From NCBI GenBank assembly GCA_052034495.1, contig JBPOIL010000005.1, positions 24,710 to 88,709 of the forward strand: 64,000 nucleotides of DNA, in the 5' to 3' direction. Below the pieces are notes generated by a model, which saw only the letters and a list, made by a program, of their open reading frames with translations, was not told where the DNA came from and did no database searches. The DNA is from Patescibacteria group bacterium (GTDB lineage: Bacteria > Patescibacteriota > Saccharimonadia > CAILAD01 > JADZBC01). Every line of letters starts with the position of its first letter. Positions within the stretch are counted from its first letter, which is position 1. The position numbers and the translations under genes are program-made. Shown here piece by piece: positions 62,649-64,000 of this stretch.

Positions 62649-63845
62649 CTACTTAGCGAATGGCGAACTAATGAGATTATAGATCTTCTGCCAGAAAGTC
62701 AGGCTGTTCTTCACGCTCAGGACATAGCTATACTCTTCAAGCTTCTCGCCGCCCTGATAGGATACGATGGTAAGCACGTAGCGACCGTTCTTAAGCCGAG
62801 TGGTGTCTAGGGTATAGGCATATGGAGACTTCTTGACCGTCGCCTTGAGCTTACCGTTGAGGTAGTAGCGCATTTCATTAGCCCCTTCGGCAAGAGCATC
62901 TTCTGGCGGGAGAATCTTAAGCTTGCCACCATACGATCGAGCTGCCGCTTCGCTATCAACCCCAGATTCGGTAGTCGTCTTTTCTTCGATAATCTTGTCG
63001 ATCTCTTCTTCGCTCGCGCCAGACAAGTCATCGAGCTCTACTTCGCCCAAGCTCGGTAGTGCATCTGTACCGCCGTCGAGCGAACCATCGTCAGGGATAA
63101 CGAAGCTGTAGTCAGGCCCCGGTGAGTCAGGATTTTCCGCTGGTGGCTCATAAGTCGGTGGCTCAGGTGGTTCTGGCGGCTCTGGTGGCTGAGGTGGATT
63201 CACAACGACGGGGGGCTGGGTAGTATTCCAGCCAGGCCTCATATAATTTAAAACCTTAACACTCAGGGCTTTATTGAACGTTTTAGGCTCGTTTTGCGAC
63301 AAGAATGCCACGACAACGTTGGCCGCAGATTCGGAGATAAAGCGTTGCTTCCAGTATGCGACACCCGCAGCGTCAGCGTTCCTTCCCAGTGCGCGCGTAT
63401 ACAGCGCCTGAGCTTTTTGCTCGGGTGTGTAGCCATTAAATCTGGCCTTATCGGTAGCGCCTGCACCGGCGTACATAGAAGCCGCAGATGCACCAACGCC
63501 TTTAGCGCTTATCTGCTCAGACCAATACTTGTACCCTCCTCCAGTAGCAATGCCCGCGGCAGTCTTGGTTCCATCAGGGGATCGGTCGTACATTGCCATA
63601 AATAACCTGGTGGCCCACCCTTCGGCACTGTCCCTATAGCAAGCATATCCGGCTTCATTATTAACGCTTGCAGGGCAATTCGGGCTTAATCTAGCGGGTC
63701 CGGAGGCAAAGGTAGTAAGAACATAGTAGCCAACAACCGAAAGCACCCCTACGAGGGCAATGAGGGTTGGTAAATTAAACCTATTCCTCGCGAGCAAAGG
63801 GGTCTTTTTGATGGTCTTCTTCTTTTTTGTTTGCTTTGTGGCCAT
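62649..63845 (-). CDS. Membrane-anchored protein with a DUF4214-like domain, a PPEPPEPPEPP linker and a C-terminal beta-rich domain.
   Basis: It has an N-terminal TM helix. The DUF4214 signature is ALYTRALGRNADAAGVAYWKQRF. A proline-rich low-complexity linker follows. Confidence 0.55.
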   Translation of the reverse strand: MATKQTKKKKTIKKTPLLARNRFNLPTLIALVGVLSVVGYYVLTTFASGPARLSPNCPASVNNEAGYACYRDSAEGWATRLFMAMYDRSPDGTKTAAGIATGGGYKYWSEQISAKGVGASAASMYAGAGATDKARFNGYTPEQKAQALYTRALGRNADAAGVAYWKQRFISESAANVVVAFLSQNEPKTFNKALSVKVLNYMRPGWNTTQPPVVVNPPQPPEPPEPPEPPTYEPPAENPDSPGPDYSFVIPDDGSLDGGTDALPSLGEVELDDLSGASEEEIDKIIEEKTTTESGVDSEAAARSYGGKLKILPPEDALAEGANEMRYYLNGKLKATVKKSPYAYTLDTTRLKNGRYVLTIVSYQGGEKLEEYSYVLSVKNSLTFWQKIYNLISSPFAK

Positions 63846-63910
63846 ATGCTTAGTTCTTGCCTACAGCATAACCTTTTTCCTATTGCGCGTCAATATGAGA
63901 CAATACTTCT

Positions 63911-64000
63911 ATGAATAAAAATGTCGTACTCGTTCTCGTAAATATACGTTCTGGCCACAATGTGGGCTCACTCATGCGCACAGCAGATGGCCTAGGGGTT
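63911..64000 (+). CDS. SpoU/TrmH-family RNA 2'-O-methyltransferase. Only the N-terminal 30 codons are present; the gene continues past the end of the window.
   Basis: MNKNVVLVLVNIRSGHNVGSLMRTADGLGV matches the conserved SpoU N-terminal motif (LDNI..PHNLGAI.RTADAFG). Confidence 0.55.
   Translation, partial: MNKNVVLVLVNIRSGHNVGSLMRTADGLGV

Noticed and set aside
1-64000. CRISPR arrays, transposases, integrases, and rRNA or tRNA genes.
   Set aside because: No short regularly spaced repeats and no recombinase or transposase motifs were seen in any long ORF. No rRNA-conserved blocks and no tRNA cloverleaf signatures were found in intergenic regions.

Overview
This 64-kb window is a compact bacterial chromosome segment, about 48% GC, with roughly 70 genes and mostly short intergenic regions. 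Several gene pairs overlap by ATGA, consistent with translational coupling. Most genes are core housekeeping functions:

- Translation: typA/bipA, hisS, ileS, rpmE, rplU, rpsU, an rpsA-like gene, prfA-prmC, infB-rbfA-ylxR, def-fmt, map, ybeY.
- Cell division and envelope: ftsA, ftsZ, a SEDS-family FtsW/RodA, an LCP family protein, lepB, htrA, secD-secF, an Rpf-like transglycosylase.
- DNA maintenance: parA-parB, recJ, priA, nrdR, a short SF1B helicase.
- Metabolism and signalling: pyk, adk, trxB, dgkA, a short RelA/SpoT homologue, a GGDEF diguanylate cyclase, a LOG-family protein.

The overall look (small genes, FtsZ with a long C-terminal tail, a pilin-like membrane protein, a secreted Rpf, sortase-type signals) suggests a small-genome Gram-positive-like lineage such as Patescibacteria/Saccharibacteria. 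That is inference only.

No rRNA, tRNA, CRISPR array, integrase or transposase was found.

The points worth a second look are:
1. A 42-bp direct repeat with a 23-bp perfect core that brackets a two-gene module; one of those genes sits in a 560-bp patch of about 68% GC.
2. A roughly 380-nt GC-rich structured transcript with no ORF, a consensus sigma70 promoter and a strong intrinsic terminator; its family is unknown.
3. A candidate T-box leader upstream of ileS.
4. An AT-rich 1.7-kb island with two convergent genes of unknown function.
5. A small acidic Cys-containing peptide gene next to small membrane proteins.
6. A Cys-less NrdH-like protein next to nrdR.
7. An ImmA/IrrE-like HExxH peptidase with a zinc ribbon, next to a KGG stress protein.
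8. A zinc-ribbon, transmembrane, pilin-like protein.
9. A low-complexity secreted protein with a sortase-type sorting signal.
10. Several GC-shifted single-gene inserts.

All functional calls rest on motifs I recognised in the translated ORFs. No database search was possible.
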